The notes: generated by a model not told the origin, from the sequence alone. A DNA stretch of 64,000 nt from Candidatus Eiseniibacteriota bacterium (GCA_963776245.1 CAVZLN010000003.1:768561-832560); one strand, 5' to 3'. Shown: positions 18,181 through 29,519, numbered from the stretch's first letter. Made by a program: numbers and translations.

Positions 18181-20298
18181 TCACGCCTTCTTCAGCGCCT
18201 CCGCCGTGATCGGCAGCGTGCGCACCCGCTTGCCGGTGAGCGCCGCGACCGCGTTCACCACCGCGGGCGCGATCGGCGGCAATCCAGGCTCGCCGATGCC
18301 TCCGAGCGGGTCGCCCTGCGGGAGCAGGTGTACGTCGATGGCCGGGCAGTCGGCGATGCCCACCACCGGGTAGTCGTCGAAGTTGGACTGCTGCACGCGC
18401 CCGCGGTCGATGGTGATGGCGCCGTACAGCGCGGCCGAGAGCCCGAACACGATGCCGCTCTCCATCTGCGCCTTCACCATGTCGGGGTGCAGGGCGTGCC
18501 CGCAGTCGACCGCGCACGTCACGCGGTGCACGCGGGGCGCACCGTTCACGAGCGAGACCTCGGCCACCTGCACCACGATGCTCTCGAACGACTCCGCCAT
18601 CGCGATGCCGCGCGCCCGGCCGGCGGGCGGCGGAGCGCCCCAGCCGGCCTGCGCGGCCGCCAGCTCGAGCACCGCGCGGTGCCGCGGGTGCTTCTCCAGC
18701 AGTCCGCGTCGCAGCGCCAGCGGATCGCGCCCGGCCGCCGCCGCCAGCTCGTCGATGAAGCACTCGATGGCGAACGCGTTCTGGGACGCGCTCACCGAGC
18801 GCCACCATCCGGTGGGGATCCCCGGGTCGTGGAGGATGTACTCCATCTCGAGGTGCGGGAACTCGTACGGCAGGTTCTCGGCCACGTCGAGCGAGGTCGG
18901 ATCGATGCCATTCCGCACCGCGCCCGCGTACCAGCGCTTGAGGATGCCCGGCCCCGCCATGCGGTGGCTCCAGGCCACCGGCCGGCCGGCGGCGTCGAGC
19001 CCGGCGCGCAGCACGTGGTACGACGCGGGCCGGTAGAAGTCGTGGCGCACGTCGTCCTCGCGCGACCACACCACCTTTACCATCGCGCCGAGCAGCTTCG
19101 AGAGCTCCACCGCCTCGGCGACGAAGTCCTGCTCCGAGCGGCGGCCGAACCCGCCGCCGAGATACTGGAGCTTCACCGTCACCTTCTCCAGTGGGAGCCC
19201 CGCGACCTCGGCGGCCTTGCGCTGCACGCCGGTCGCGTTCTGACTGCCGACCCATACCGTGCACTCCCCGGCCGTGACGTGCGCGGTGCAGTTCGGCGGC
19301 TCCATCGTGGCGTGGGCCAGGTAGGGCGTCTCGTACACCGCCTCGACCGTGCGCGCCGCGGTCGCGAGCCCCGCGAAGCCGTCGCCCTCCTTGCGGAACG
19401 TGGCGCCCGGCTTCAGCGCCAGCGCCGCGTAGTCGCGCGAGATCTGCGCGCTGGTGAGCGTGGCGAGCGGGCCTTCGTCCCAGACGATCTTCAGCGCGTC
19501 CGCGCCCCGTCGCGCGGCCCAGGTGGATGCCGCCACCACCGCCACCCCGCTGGCGATCCGCACCACGCGCTGGACGCCGGGAACGGCGCTCGCGGCGGTG
19601 GCGTCGAACGTGCGCACGATGCCGCCCGGCACCGGACAGCGCGCGACCGCAGCGATCAGCATCCCCGGCACGTGCACGTCGATCCCGTAGCGCGCGCTGC
19701 CGGTGATCTTCTCCTGGCCATCGAGCCGCGCGGGCGAGGTGCCGAGCAGGCGATGCTGGGACCAGCCCTTGAGCGGCGGATCCGCGGGCGGCGTGAGCGT
19801 CGCCGCCTTCCCCACCAGCGCGCCGTAGGCGAGACGGCGGCGCGTCGGCTCGTGGATCACCGCGCCGCGCTCGGCCCGGCAGCTCGCGCGCTCGACGCCC
19901 CAGGTGAGCGCCGCGGCCTCGAGGAGCACCTCGCGGGCCTGCGCGCCCGCCTTGCGCATCGGGACGTTGAGCGTGCGCATGCTCTGACTGCCCCCGGTGC
20001 TCATGTCGCCGTACTTCGGCGCCGGCACCGCCTGCTCGAAGCGCACCTTCGCCCAGTCGGCCTCGAGCTCCTCGGCGACCAGCATCGGGATCAGCGTGCG
20101 CGCGCCCTGCCCCATCTCGGAACGCGCGACGATCACGGTGACCTCGCCCTGCGCGTCGATGCGCAGCCACGCGTTGGGCTCGAGCGTGGCGGCGGCCGCC
20201 TCGGCGCGGTCGCGCAGCGCGGCGGGCAGGTGGAACGCGATGGCCAGTCCGGCGGAGGCGACCGCGCCGGTCTTCAGGAAACCGCGCCGCGTGGTCAT
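18181..20298 (-). CDS. Molybdopterin-binding large subunit of an aldehyde/isoquinoline oxidoreductase (xanthine dehydrogenase family, IorB-like), TAT-exported
   Basis: Twin-arginine signal [22 protein letters not shown] followed by a long MoCo-binding domain. The ATG overlaps the stop of the small-subunit gene (ATGA), and an SD GGAGG is present. The 130 upstream codons in the ORF track are rejected. Confidence 0.85.
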   Translation of the reverse strand: MTTRRGFLKTGAVASAGLAIAFHLPAALRDRAEAAAATLEPNAWLRIDAQGEVTVIVARSEMGQGARTLIPMLVAEELEADWAKVRFEQAVPAPKYGDMSTGGSQSMRTLNVPMRKAGAQAREVLLEAAALTWGVERASCRAERGAVIHEPTRRRLAYGALVGKAATLTPPADPPLKGWSQHRLLGTSPARLDGQEKITGSARYGIDVHVPGMLIAAVARCPVPGGIVRTFDATAASAVPGVQRVVRIASGVAVVAASTWAARRGADALKIVWDEGPLATLTSAQISRDYAALALKPGATFRKEGDGFAGLATAARTVEAVYETPYLAHATMEPPNCTAHVTAGECTVWVGSQNATGVQRKAAEVAGLPLEKVTVKLQYLGGGFGRRSEQDFVAEAVELSKLLGAMVKVVWSREDDVRHDFYRPASYHVLRAGLDAAGRPVAWSHRMAGPGILKRWYAGAVRNGIDPTSLDVAENLPYEFPHLEMEYILHDPGIPTGWWRSVSASQNAFAIECFIDELAAAAGRDPLALRRGLLEKHPRHRAVLELAAAQAGWGAPPPAGRARGIAMAESFESIVVQVAEVSLVNGAPRVHRVTCAVDCGHALHPDMVKAQMESGIVFGLSAALYGAITIDRGRVQQSNFDDYPVVGIADCPAIDVHLLPQGDPLGGIGEPGLPPIAPAVVNAVAALTGKRVRTLPITAEALKKA

Positions 20299-20759
20299 CG
20301 TCCGGCCTCCTTCGCCGCGGCATGGATGGCCCTGCGGATGCGCGGATAGGTGCCGCAGCGGCACAGGTTGCCCTGCATCGCCTCGTCGATCTGCGTGTCG
20401 CTGGGCGCGGGCGTCTTCGCCAGCAGCGCGGCGGCCTGCATGATCTGCCCCGGCTGGCAGTAGCCGCACTGGGTCACCTGCTCGGCGACCCAGGCTCGCT
20501 GCACCGGGTGCGTCCCGGATGGCGAGAGCCCCTCGATGGTGACGATGCGCTTGCCCTGCGCCTCGGTCACCGGGGTGGCGCACGCGCGCGCCGCCTCCCC
20601 GTCGAGGTGCACGGTGCACGCGCCGCACAGCCCGGCGCCACAGCCGAACTTGGTGCCGGTGAGCCCGAGGGTGTCCCGCAGCACCCACAGCAACGGGGTG
20701 TCGGGCTCGGCCTCCACGGCGCGAGCGGTGCCGTTCACGTTCAGCGAGTACCGGGCCAT
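20295..20759 (-). CDS. (2Fe-2S)-binding small subunit of the same oxidoreductase (IorA/CoxS-like)
   Basis: Two [2Fe-2S] cysteine clusters ([12 protein letters not shown] and [10 protein letters not shown]…CRCGTY). SD GGGAGGTGA precedes the ATG. Confidence 0.85.
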   Translation of the reverse strand: MARYSLNVNGTARAVEAEPDTPLLWVLRDTLGLTGTKFGCGAGLCGACTVHLDGEAARACATPVTEAQGKRIVTIEGLSPSGTHPVQRAWVAEQVTQCGYCQPGQIMQAAALLAKTPAPSDTQIDEAMQGNLCRCGTYPRIRRAIHAAAKEAGR

Positions 20760-20774
20760 CGCGTCACCTCCCGA

Positions 20775-23700
20775 TCACTTCTTGCCGAGCCCTTCCTGGA
20801 CCTTGTACCCCGGCTTCTTCCAGACCGGCGGCGGATTGGTCTTGAGCTGTTCGAGCGACCACTCGATGGCCTTCTCGAGCTGCGGGTCGTGGCCCTGCAC
20901 CATGAGGTGCGGCGCGTTCTCCACCTCGATGTCGGGGTCCACGCCGTGATTCTCCACCAGCCACTCGCCGGTGCGCGGGTCGTACATGCCGAAGTCGGGC
21001 ATGGTCACCGCGCCGCCGTCCACCAGCGGGAGGTCGTGGCTGATGCCCACCAGTCCGCCCCAGGTGCGCTTCCCGATGATGGGCCCGAGGCCCATCATCT
21101 TGAAGTAGAATGGGAACGCGTCTCCGCCCGAGCCCGCGTACTCGTTCGCGAGGATGCACTTGGGTCCGTCGATCGCGGTCTGCGGCGTGCGGAAGCCTTC
21201 GCCGTCCCGGCTGGTCCACGCCACCCAGGTCTTGCGCCACAGCCGCTCGACGAAGAAGTCGGGGATGAAGCCGCCGCCGTTGAAGCGCTCGTCGACGATG
21301 ATGCCCTGCTTGTCGATCTGCGGGTAGTACTGCTTGGTGAACTCCTGGATCCCGGCGGTCGCGGTGTTGGGCACGTGGATGTACGCGATGCGCCCGCCGG
21401 TCGCCTTCGCCACCTTCTCGCGGTTCCCGTCCACCCACGCGACGTAGCGCAGCGAGGCCTCGTTCGCGATCGGCACCACGGTGTACGTGCGCGCCTTCGG
21501 ATCGCCGGCCGACGCGCCCACCTTGATGAGCGTCTGCTTGCCGGCGGTGCCGGTGAGCGCCGCGTACACGTTCTCGGGGGCGCGCACCGGGCGGCCGTTC
21601 ACCTCGAGCAGGTAGTCGCCCTCCTTCACGCCGATGCCGGGCTCGCCGAGCGGCGCCGCGACCGACGAGTTCCAGTCGCGCGCGCGGTAGATCCGGGCGA
21701 ACCGGTAGAGCCCGTTGGCGTCGAGGGCGTAGTCGGCGCCGAGCAGTCCGGTGCCCACGCGCTTGACCGCGGGCATCTCGCCTCCGCCGACGTAGGCGTG
21801 CGAGGTGGACAGCTCGCCGATCATCTCGCCCAGCAGGTAGTTGAGGTCGGCGCGGTGCGCGACGAACGGCACCAGCTGACGGTAGCGCTCGCCGATCGCG
21901 TTCCAGTCGAGCCCGCCCATCGCCGGGTCGTAGTAGAAGTCGCGCTCGAGGCGCCAGGCCTCGTTGAACATCTGGGTCCACTCCTGGCGCGGATCCACGG
22001 TCGCCATCAGCCCGTCGGTCGCGATCTTCCCGTCGCCGGCCTTCTTGCCCTCGGCGGCGTCGACGATGCCGAAGACGTCCTTGGAGCGATAGAGCACCTT
22101 GGAGCCGTCCTTCGAGGGAGCGTACTCGGCGCGCACGTCGCTCAGCACCGTCTTGTCCTCCCGCTTCTCGAGGTCGAAGACATGAAGGCTGCCCGTCTCC
22201 GCGACTTCGGCGTCGGGCTCGGGGTCGTTGAGCTCCAGGTACAGGAGCTTGCCCTTGAACGCGGTCAGGCCGGCGTAGCGTCCCGGCGGCACCGGCAGGA
22301 CCGCGCACCGCGACGCGAGGCCGGCGAGATCGATGCGCACCGGGGCGACGGCTTCCGGCTTCTCCGCGCCGGACTTGCCGGCGCCCTTGGCCCCGGCCTT
22401 GTCCCCCTTGCCGGCCTTCTCGCCCTTGTCCTCCTTGGCGTCGGCGGCGCTCTCGCCGGTCTCCTCGTCGCTCTTGGGCGCGACCGGCGAGAGCAGGGTG
22501 TCCTGGAGGGACAGCGCGTAGAGCTTGTCGGTGGCGCGGAACTGGAAGTCGACCTCGAACGCCCCGAACTGCGGATCGATGGTGCGGCGCGAGATGAAGT
22601 AGAGGTAGCGGCCCGCGGGATCGAACGACGGCCAGCCCTCATCGGTCATGCCGTCGCTCACGGCGGTCACCTTGCCGCCGTCGAGCGCGTAGAGCATCAC
22701 GCGCGCGAACTGGTTGGCGTACGGCTTGGGGTAGGTGAGCCACTTCGAGTCGGGCGACCACTGGTAGTTGTGGATCTCGCCCCAGTCGCTCTTGTCGGCC
22801 AGCACCAGCTTGCCGCTCGCGACCTCCACCCACCACAGGCGGAAGGTCTTGTCGGAGAACGCGAGCTTCTTCGAGTCCGGCGACCAGCGCGGCGCGAAGC
22901 GGAAGGTGCTGCCCTCCCGGGTCACCTGGCGGTCGGGTGTCTTGCCGTCGCTGCCGATCACGTGGATCTGGTACTCGCCGCTGCGGTCCGAGAGATAGGC
23001 GATCCACTTGCCGTCCGGCGACCACACGGGATCGCGCTCGCGCGCGCCGGGCGTGCGGGTCAGGTTGCGCGCGTCGCCGTCTTCCGCGGGCACGGTGAAC
23101 AGGTCGCCGCGCGCCTCGAGCACCGCGCGCTTGGCCGACGGGGAGAGGTCCATGCCGGTGATCCACTCCGACACGTCGCGCAGCCCCGCGCGCGCCGCGG
23201 GCTTGTCCGCCGGCACCAGCACCTGGATGCGCGTGGCCTTCTCGGATGGCAGGTCCATCACGTAGAGGTAGCCGCCGTTCTCGAACACGATCGCGTCGCT
23301 GCCGATGCTGGGCCACTTCACGTCGTAGTCGGAGAACGTGGTGACCTGGCGATGGGCCTTCTTGTCGAGATCGTACGCCCACAGGTTGGCGGTGCGGCCG
23401 CCCCGGTCGGAGACGTAGTACACGGTGCGGTCGTGCCACATCGGCCACTCGTCCGCGCCCGCCCAGTCGGTGATCTTCTCGCTGGTCACCGCGGCGAAGT
23501 CGTAGATCCAGATGTTCGGCGCGTTCCCCCCGCGGTAGCGCTTCCACGTCCGCCGGTCGTAGGACGGCGCGACGAACGCGATCTGACGCGCGTCGGGCGA
23601 GAACGAGCAGTACCCCCCGGTCGGCAGCGGGAGCATCTCCTCGAAGCCGCCCGCGGCGGGCACCTTGAAGAACCGGTCGAAGCGCGTCGGAGCCGAGGCG

Positions 23701-24100
23701 CGCGCCGAGCGGATGAGGATGCTCGCGCCGTCCGGATACCATTCGGCGACCTGGTCGGCGCCGGGATGCCAGGTGAGACGGGTGGGCTCGCCTCCGGCCA
23801 GCGGGACGGTGAACGCGTCGACGTTGCCGTCGTACTCGCCGGTGAAGGCGACCGTCCTGCCGTCGGGCGAGAGCTTGGGGAACGCCTCCACTCCGGGGTG
23901 CGTGGTGAGCCGCGTCGCGACGCCGCCGGCGCGTGCCACGGTCCAGAGATCGCCCGCGTAGACGAACACGATGTGGTCGCCCTGGATGTCGGGCTGGCGG
24001 AGCAACCGGCACTCCTCGAGCGCCGACGCGGAAGGCGCGAGGAGCGCGGACGAGAAGAGCGCGAGCAGGGCGGCGAACCACGAGCGCGGGCTGAGCATGA
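20775..24100 (-). CDS. Tricorn protease homologue (S41-family peptidase with N-terminal beta-propellers and a PDZ domain), secreted
   Basis: Signal peptide MLSPRSWFAALLALFSSALLAPSASA, then DIQGDHIVFVYAGDLWTV…, typical of tricorn proteases. SD GGAGG precedes the ATG at 24100. The 157 upstream codons in the ORF track are rejected. Confidence 0.85.
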
Positions 24101-24562
24101 CCGGATGGACCTCCGTGGATGACGTGAGCGCGAGCGTGAGCGGTCGCAGTCTCGCGCCACGACCGCGCGCTTTCAAGCGCGTCCGTGGGCGCGGGCCGCG
24201 CCGGCCGCGGCGCGGTCCGTGAGGCCCGCTCGTCGGGCCGCGCTGGTGGTCGCGCTTGCCGCGCGCGTCGGGAGGACGCCCGCGCTGGCATGCCGCGGGC
24301 CCCCCCGCGGGTCCCCCGACGGCGCGTCTCGCGCCGGAGCACTTCGCGCTTGATTCGCGGCACACGCGCGGGCGAGACTCCCCGCCGTCCCGGGTGGCGG
24401 TGGTGGGCATGCGTTCGCGCATCCGACGCCGCCGGCGCGCGCCGGCGGTCGTCCCGCCCGCGATCCGCCCCGCCGGCGACGAGTCCCCTCGCGCGGCGGC
24501 GGGTGACGCCTTCGCGCGGACACGCCGAGGTGGGCCAGCGGCCCAGTCCCAAGGAGCATCGT

Positions 24563-24763
24563 GTGGCACGTGGCACCGTGAAGTGGTTCAACGAGACGAA
24601 GGGGTTCGGGTTCATCTCGCAGGAGGGCGGCGAGGACGTGTTCGTGCACTTCTCGGCCATCCAGGGGGATGGCTTCAAGACCCTGGCCGAGGGCGAGGTG
24701 GTGGAGTTCGACGTCACCAACGGAGCGAAGGGACTGGCGGCGGCGAACGTCCGCAAGGCCTGA
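24563..24763 (+). CDS. Cold-shock protein (CspA family, 66 aa)
   Basis: [30 protein letters not shown] contains the RNP1/RNP2 motifs. GTG start 6 nt after AAGGAG. Confidence 0.9.
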   Translation: MARGTVKWFNETKGFGFISQEGGEDVFVHFSAIQGDGFKTLAEGEVVEFDVTNGAKGLAAANVRKA

Positions 24764-24954
24764 ACGCGCGACGGGAAGGGAACCGCACGGGCGGCGCCGG
24801 AAGGCGCCGCCCTTCGCTTTGCGCCCCGCGCGGCTGGACCTCCGCGGCCCGGGGGCGGGCGCCGGACCCGGCTCAAGGCGCGGTCCCCGGGGGCCGATAA
24901 CGGTCGTGACCTCGGCAGAGCCACACCACCTATCGGGAGAGGGACGCGTCCAGG

Positions 24955-26718
24955 ATGAACGTGAGCGCGCGACAGCAGGGTGTCGAAGCGCCCGAGGAAC
25001 CGGGCGCGGGGTCGCCGTCGTCGGTCAAGGCCGCGGCGTCGGTGCTGAACCAGTTCGCCCGCACCCTCAAGACCTGCCGTCTCTACGACTCGAACAACCC
25101 CGCCGTGATCCGCTTCCGCGAGGAGTTCGCCGGCACGCTGCGGAAGGTCCTCGCCGAGCACGGCCCGCTCACCTACCGGTTCGCCTCCGACGACGTGTTG
25201 TTCGAGGAAGTCTCGCTCTACCCCGCGCGCTCGCGCGACGACAACATCGCGCTGCCGTTCTTCCGCGACGGCGTCCGCTCGCTGACCTTCAACGCCGGCA
25301 TCGAGATGCGCGAGGTGGACGCGCTGCTCGACGCGCTGCTGCTGGTCACCGGACAGAGCGCCAGCGACGACGACCTGGTCACGCTCCTGTGGGAGGCGCA
25401 GCTCCCGCACATCGACGTCGATTACCTGCCGGCCGAAGGCGACGTGGGCAGCGGCGGGGGCGAGGTGCGCACCGACGGCATGGTCATGCCGTGGCCGGCC
25501 GCCGCGGACCGCGACTCCACCGGCGCCGGCGGCGAGGCGGCCGAGGAGGACGACGGGGGCACGCGGACCGAGGAGGTCGCGGTCTCGGCCACGCGCTCCG
25601 ACGACTGGAGCACCGGCGACCTCACCGTCGAGATCGAGGCCGGGTTCGCGGAGCTCGATTCGCTCGCGCCCAGCGAGGTGGAGCGCTTCCGACGCGAGTT
25701 CGAGGCCGAACACGCGGTGCCCACCGGGACCGCGACGCTGGCGATCGCCTGCGCGCTGCTGTCCGCGGGGGCGAGCGACGACGACCGGCTCGAGATGACG
25801 CGCTTCCTGCCCCGCGTGCTGCGCCAGTCGGTCACCCACGGCGCCTGGCTCGAGGCCGGCGAAGCGCTGCGACTGATGCGCCGCGCCACCAGCGACGAAT
25901 GGTCGCCCGGCATCTTCGCCCAGGAGCTGCTCCAGCCGATCTCGATCGCCAGCATGGTCGAGCGGCTCGAGCCGCAGGAGCCCGCGCAGGTGAGCGAGTT
26001 CGTCGCCTTCGCGGACGCGCTGGGCGAGCCCGCCGTGGACCTGCTCAACCTGGTGCTCGCCGAGGTCCAGAACCGCCGCGCCCGCCGCATCATCGCCGAG
26101 GCGATCGCCGGCCTGTGCCGCGGGAACCCCGAGCGCCTGGCGGCGTGGCTCTCGGACCCGCGCTGGTTCGTGGTGCGCAACGTCGTGCACATCCTCGGCT
26201 GGATCGGCGGCGACACGATCGTCGGCCTGCTCCAGGTCGCCGCGCGCCATCCGGAGGCGCGCGTGCGCCACGAGGTGGTGGCCGCGCTCTCGCAGGTGGA
26301 TGCGCGCCTCGCGCGCCCGCTGCTGCTGCGGCTGCTCGATGGCGCCGACTCGCGCATGTTCGGCTCGGTGATGCACCAGCTCTCGGCGGCCCGCGACCCG
26401 GGCACCGCGCGCACCCTGCTCGGCTTCCTGATGGCGCCGGAGTTCGACCAGCGCGCGCTGGAGGAGAAGCGCGCGCTCTACGCAGCGCTCGGCGCCGTGG
26501 GCGGCGACGAGGTGCTGCCGGAACTCGAGGCGGAGGTCTACAAGGGCAACTGGTTCTCGCGCCACCAGGAGGTGCACCGGCAGTCGGTGGCCCGCATCAT
26601 CGCGCGGCTCGGCACCCCGGCCGCCCGTGTCATCCTCGAGCGCGGCGCTCAGTCCCGCCGCGCGCCGGTGCGCAAGGCGTGCGAGGATGCGCTCGCCGGG
26701 ATGGATTCCCGTGACTGA
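24955..26718 (+). CDS. HEAT-repeat protein; hypothetical
   Basis: The C-terminal half shows repeated …R..A…LG.IG…A...L…LL.D.D..VR… HEAT/PBS-lyase-like units. SD GGAGAGGGA precedes the ATG. Confidence 0.65.
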   Translation: MNVSARQQGVEAPEEPGAGSPSSVKAAASVLNQFARTLKTCRLYDSNNPAVIRFREEFAGTLRKVLAEHGPLTYRFASDDVLFEEVSLYPARSRDDNIALPFFRDGVRSLTFNAGIEMREVDALLDALLLVTGQSASDDDLVTLLWEAQLPHIDVDYLPAEGDVGSGGGEVRTDGMVMPWPAAADRDSTGAGGEAAEEDDGGTRTEEVAVSATRSDDWSTGDLTVEIEAGFAELDSLAPSEVERFRREFEAEHAVPTGTATLAIACALLSAGASDDDRLEMTRFLPRVLRQSVTHGAWLEAGEALRLMRRATSDEWSPGIFAQELLQPISIASMVERLEPQEPAQVSEFVAFADALGEPAVDLLNLVLAEVQNRRARRIIAEAIAGLCRGNPERLAAWLSDPRWFVVRNVVHILGWIGGDTIVGLLQVAARHPEARVRHEVVAALSQVDARLARPLLLRLLDGADSRMFGSVMHQLSAARDPGTARTLLGFLMAPEFDQRALEEKRALYAALGAVGGDEVLPELEAEVYKGNWFSRHQEVHRQSVARIIARLGTPAARVILERGAQSRRAPVRKACEDALAGMDSRD

Positions 26719-28171
26719 ACTCGACCGCCAGACGCCTCCCGAACGGGGGAACGACACCGCCCGGCTCGCCGAGATCGGCGCCACGCTGCTGGTGCGCCTG
26801 TCGGCGCTGCTGCGCACCGCGCGCACCTACGACGTCGCGAACCAGGCGTTCCAGCGCCAGGTGCAGGACTGCCTCGCGGTGCTCAACAAGGGGCTCGAGG
26901 AGGAGGACGAGGTCGCGCTGGTCGCGGTCGCGGACTACTTCTACATCAACGGCGTGCGCATCCGCGCGCAGGCCTCGCTGCTGGTGGTCTATCACGCGCT
27001 CATGGCCGAGTTCGAGCGCCGCGCGCTCGGCGGCCTGCGCTTCATGCAGGGCGTCACGCCCAGCGAGCTCGAGCGGTTCTTCCAGCTGTTCATCGCCGCC
27101 GACGACCCGGTCGTGGCGGAGCGGCTGCCCGAGGCGGTGGCCGAGGCCAGCATCGAGCACATCGTGCCGGTGCCGGCCGTGGAGTTGGACGAGGACGACC
27201 TCACCCGGTCGCTGGAGGAGAAGAACGACTCGACCAGCGAGCGCGGACGCGCCAAGCGCGTGTTCTGGCGCGCCGTGCTCGGGACCAAGAAGATCCTGCT
27301 GCGCGCGATGCAGACCGGACGCCCCGACCTGCGTCACGCCAAGCGGCTGGTGCAGCCGCTGGTGGACAGCGTGATGCGCCACGAGTACTCGATCGTGGGA
27401 CTCACGGCGCTCAAGGACCACGACGAGTACACCTACGCGCACTGCGTCAACGTGAGCGTGCTGTCGGTGAACATGGGCGCGGTGCTCGGGCTCTCGCGCC
27501 AGGCGCTCGCGGACCTCGGCGTGGCGGCGCTGCTCCACGACATCGGCAAGATCGCGGTGCCTGCCGACGTGCTGCGCAAGCCCGCCGCCCTCTCGGCCGA
27601 GGAGTGGACGCTGATGCGGCGTCATCCGATCGAAGGGGCCAAGATGATGGCCCGCATGCCCGGGCTGTCGAGTCTCACGCTCGACGCGATGCGGACCTGC
27701 CTCGAGCACCACATGAACTTCGACCGCACCGGCTACCCCGAGGTCCAGCTCGAGTGGGGGCAGGCGACGCTCTCCCGCATCGTGTCGGTGGCGGACTGCT
27801 TCGACGCGATCACCGCGCATCGCGCCTATCACAAGCGCCCGCGCACGGCTTTCGAGGGCCTGCAGTTCCTGCTCGGGCCGGCGCGCGTCCAGTTCGATCC
27901 GGCGGTGCTGTGGGCGCTGGTGCGCACGGTCGGGCTGTATCCCGCGGGCTCCGTGCTGCTGACCGACTCGGGTCACATGGTGGTGGCGCTGAGCCCGAAC
28001 CCCCACGACCTGCGGCGACCCAACTGCCGCGTGCTGGTCCGCCCCGACGGCTCGGCGCCCGACGAGGAGTCGCCCGAGCTGTGGAGCCCGATGCCGGCCG
28101 AACGCAGCGCCGCGCGTGTGCTGCGGCCCGAGGAGCACGCGGTCAACACCGCGGACTACCTGGCCGCGTAG
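26687..28171 (+). CDS. HD-GYP domain phosphodiesterase (putative c-di-GMP phosphodiesterase) with an ~230-aa N-terminal domain of unknown function
   Basis: HD motif (…ALLHDIGK…) and HHMNFDRTGYP (the GYP motif). The gene overlaps the HEAT gene by ~30 nt. Start is ambiguous: ATG 26687 or GTG 26711. Confidence 0.8.
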   Translation: MRSPGWIPVTELDRQTPPERGNDTARLAEIGATLLVRLSALLRTARTYDVANQAFQRQVQDCLAVLNKGLEEEDEVALVAVADYFYINGVRIRAQASLLVVYHALMAEFERRALGGLRFMQGVTPSELERFFQLFIAADDPVVAERLPEAVAEASIEHIVPVPAVELDEDDLTRSLEEKNDSTSERGRAKRVFWRAVLGTKKILLRAMQTGRPDLRHAKRLVQPLVDSVMRHEYSIVGLTALKDHDEYTYAHCVNVSVLSVNMGAVLGLSRQALADLGVAALLHDIGKIAVPADVLRKPAALSAEEWTLMRRHPIEGAKMMARMPGLSSLTLDAMRTCLEHHMNFDRTGYPEVQLEWGQATLSRIVSVADCFDAITAHRAYHKRPRTAFEGLQFLLGPARVQFDPAVLWALVRTVGLYPAGSVLLTDSGHMVVALSPNPHDLRRPNCRVLVRPDGSAPDEESPELWSPMPAERSAARVLRPEEHAVNTADYLAA

Positions 28172-28228
28172 CCCGGCCGCTGCCGGCCCGGGAGGACGGC
28201 CGTCCGCGCCGCCGCCGGACACACGAAC

Positions 28229-28250
28229 GGGCGGCGATCACTCGCCGCCC
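28229..28250. terminator. Stem-loop GGGCGGCG-ATCACT-CGCCGCCC between convergent genes
   Basis: Perfect 8-bp inverted repeat with a 6-nt loop, read directly ~60 nt downstream of the HD-GYP stop. Confidence 0.3.
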
Positions 28251-28331
28251 GCCGTGCTCTCGAGAGTGCCGATGCGCAGCCCTGGACGCTCCCCGTCTCC
28301 AGCCACGCGTGACTGACCCCCTCGATGAGTC

Positions 28332-28859
28332 CTATCGCCGATCGTCGTATCGGTCGTCGTACCGATCGCCGTAGCGGTCCCGCCCGTCCTCGCGACACGC
28401 GTCGCCGGCATCGCCGTACCAGCCGCCGTCGCGCCACACCTCGCTGCGCACGCACTCGCCACTGCGCACGTCGATCACACGCACCAGGCGCGGATGACGG
28501 CAGTGCCGCAGGTGATACTCGTACCCCTGGAGCGAGGCGTAGCGGCCACCACAGTAGGGGTCCCCGTAGGCGTAGGACGCCTCGACCATCGGAGCGTCCT
28601 GCGACACCAGGGTCCCGAGCACGAACCCGCCGATGAGCCCGGCGAGCACCGGGGCCACGTTCGAGGACGAGTGGCGCACGTACGCGGTGCGCTGCGGGTA
28701 GACCACGCGCTGGATGACCCGGGGCCCGCCCATGGCGCGCACCTTGCGGCCGTCGCCGGGGCCGCGACCCGCCTGGGCGACGGGCGCGAGCGCGGTGAGG
28801 GCGAGTGCGGCGAGCGTGGCGCCGACGAGCCAGCGGCGGGTGATGGTCGAGATGGGCAT
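28332..28859 (-). CDS. Secreted cysteine-containing protein with a C-terminal (D-R-Y) repeat tail; hypothetical
   Basis: Signal peptide MPISTITRRWLVGATLAALALTALAPVAQA. Four Cys residues. C-terminus …RDRYGDRYDDRYDDRR. SD GGAGGAGGA precedes the ATG. Confidence 0.55.
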   Translation of the reverse strand: MPISTITRRWLVGATLAALALTALAPVAQAGRGPGDGRKVRAMGGPRVIQRVVYPQRTAYVRHSSSNVAPVLAGLIGGFVLGTLVSQDAPMVEASYAYGDPYCGGRYASLQGYEYHLRHCRHPRLVRVIDVRSGECVRSEVWRDGGWYGDAGDACREDGRDRYGDRYDDRYDDRR

Positions 28860-29099
28860 GGCGTCCTCCTCCGGGATGTGCGGCCTGTCCCTTGTCCACG
28901 GAGGACTTCAAGCAGTCCGCGTGCCACGCGTTCCATGCGGGGCCGCGCAAGCGCTTAGGCCTGCCCTCGCGGGGGATCGGTGGGGCGCGCGCGGCGCCTG
29001 TGCGTCCCGGTGTGGCGTGCCCGCCACGTCGCGGCGCCCAGCACGACGGCCGGCCTCCCGGGGGGGAAACCGGCCGTCGCATCCTCGCCGCGCCGCGGC

Positions 29100-29519
29100 T
29101 CAGATGCTCGTGACGGTGTGCGGGGTCGTGGTGCTCGGGTCGTTGTTGGTCCAGGTCACCTTCCCGCCGGTGTGAAGCGTGACCGGGGACGGACTGAACG
29201 GGGGCATCGCCGCCATGCCCTGGATGCTCACCGTCATGACCGTGTCCCCCGCGGGCGCCGCGTCGCTGACCGTGACCGATCCCGTCATCGTGGGGTGGAT
29301 GGTGCACCGGTAGTTGAACGTCCCGGCCGCGAAGAACCGATGGGTGTAGGTCGCGGAGTGAGCCAGGCTGGGAGAGTCGAGCTCCTTCACGACCGGCGGC
29401 GCCGTCGGGCCCGCACCACCCCCGCCGCTGCTGGTGCCACCCCCGCAGGAAGAGAGCGCGGTGAGCGCGCCGAACAAGGCGACGGCGGCCAGGGCGATGA
29501 GGATGCGACGGTGACGCAT
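29100..29519 (-). CDS. Cupredoxin-fold (plastocyanin/pseudoazurin-like) blue-copper lipoprotein
   Basis: Lipobox LTALSSC, a Gly/Ser linker, and type-1 copper ligands in …YRCTIHPTMTG… (Cys-x2-His-x4-Met). SD GGAGGAACCC precedes the internal ATG. Confidence 0.7.
   Translation of the reverse strand: MRHRRILIALAAVALFGALTALSSCGGGTSSGGGGAGPTAPPVVKELDSPSLAHSATYTHRFFAAGTFNYRCTIHPTMTGSVTVSDAAPAGDTVMTVSIQGMAAMPPFSPSPVTLHTGGKVTWTNNDPSTTTPHTVTSI

Noticed and set aside
24098-24101. N-terminal extensions in the ORF track for tricorn (157 codons), the Mo subunit (130), TonB receptor (47), DinB (39), anti-sigma (109), the SBBP protein (220), MOSC (79) and ArsM (590)
   Set aside because: In each case a downstream ATG or GTG with an SD starts a proper signal peptide or family N-terminus. 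The upstream codons are R/G/P-rich shadow.
20322-26826. Very long ORFs 20322..24122 (+) and 22639..26826 (-)
   Set aside because: Antisense shadows of the tricorn protease gene and of the HEAT/csp region. They have no domain signal and extreme Arg/Gly content.
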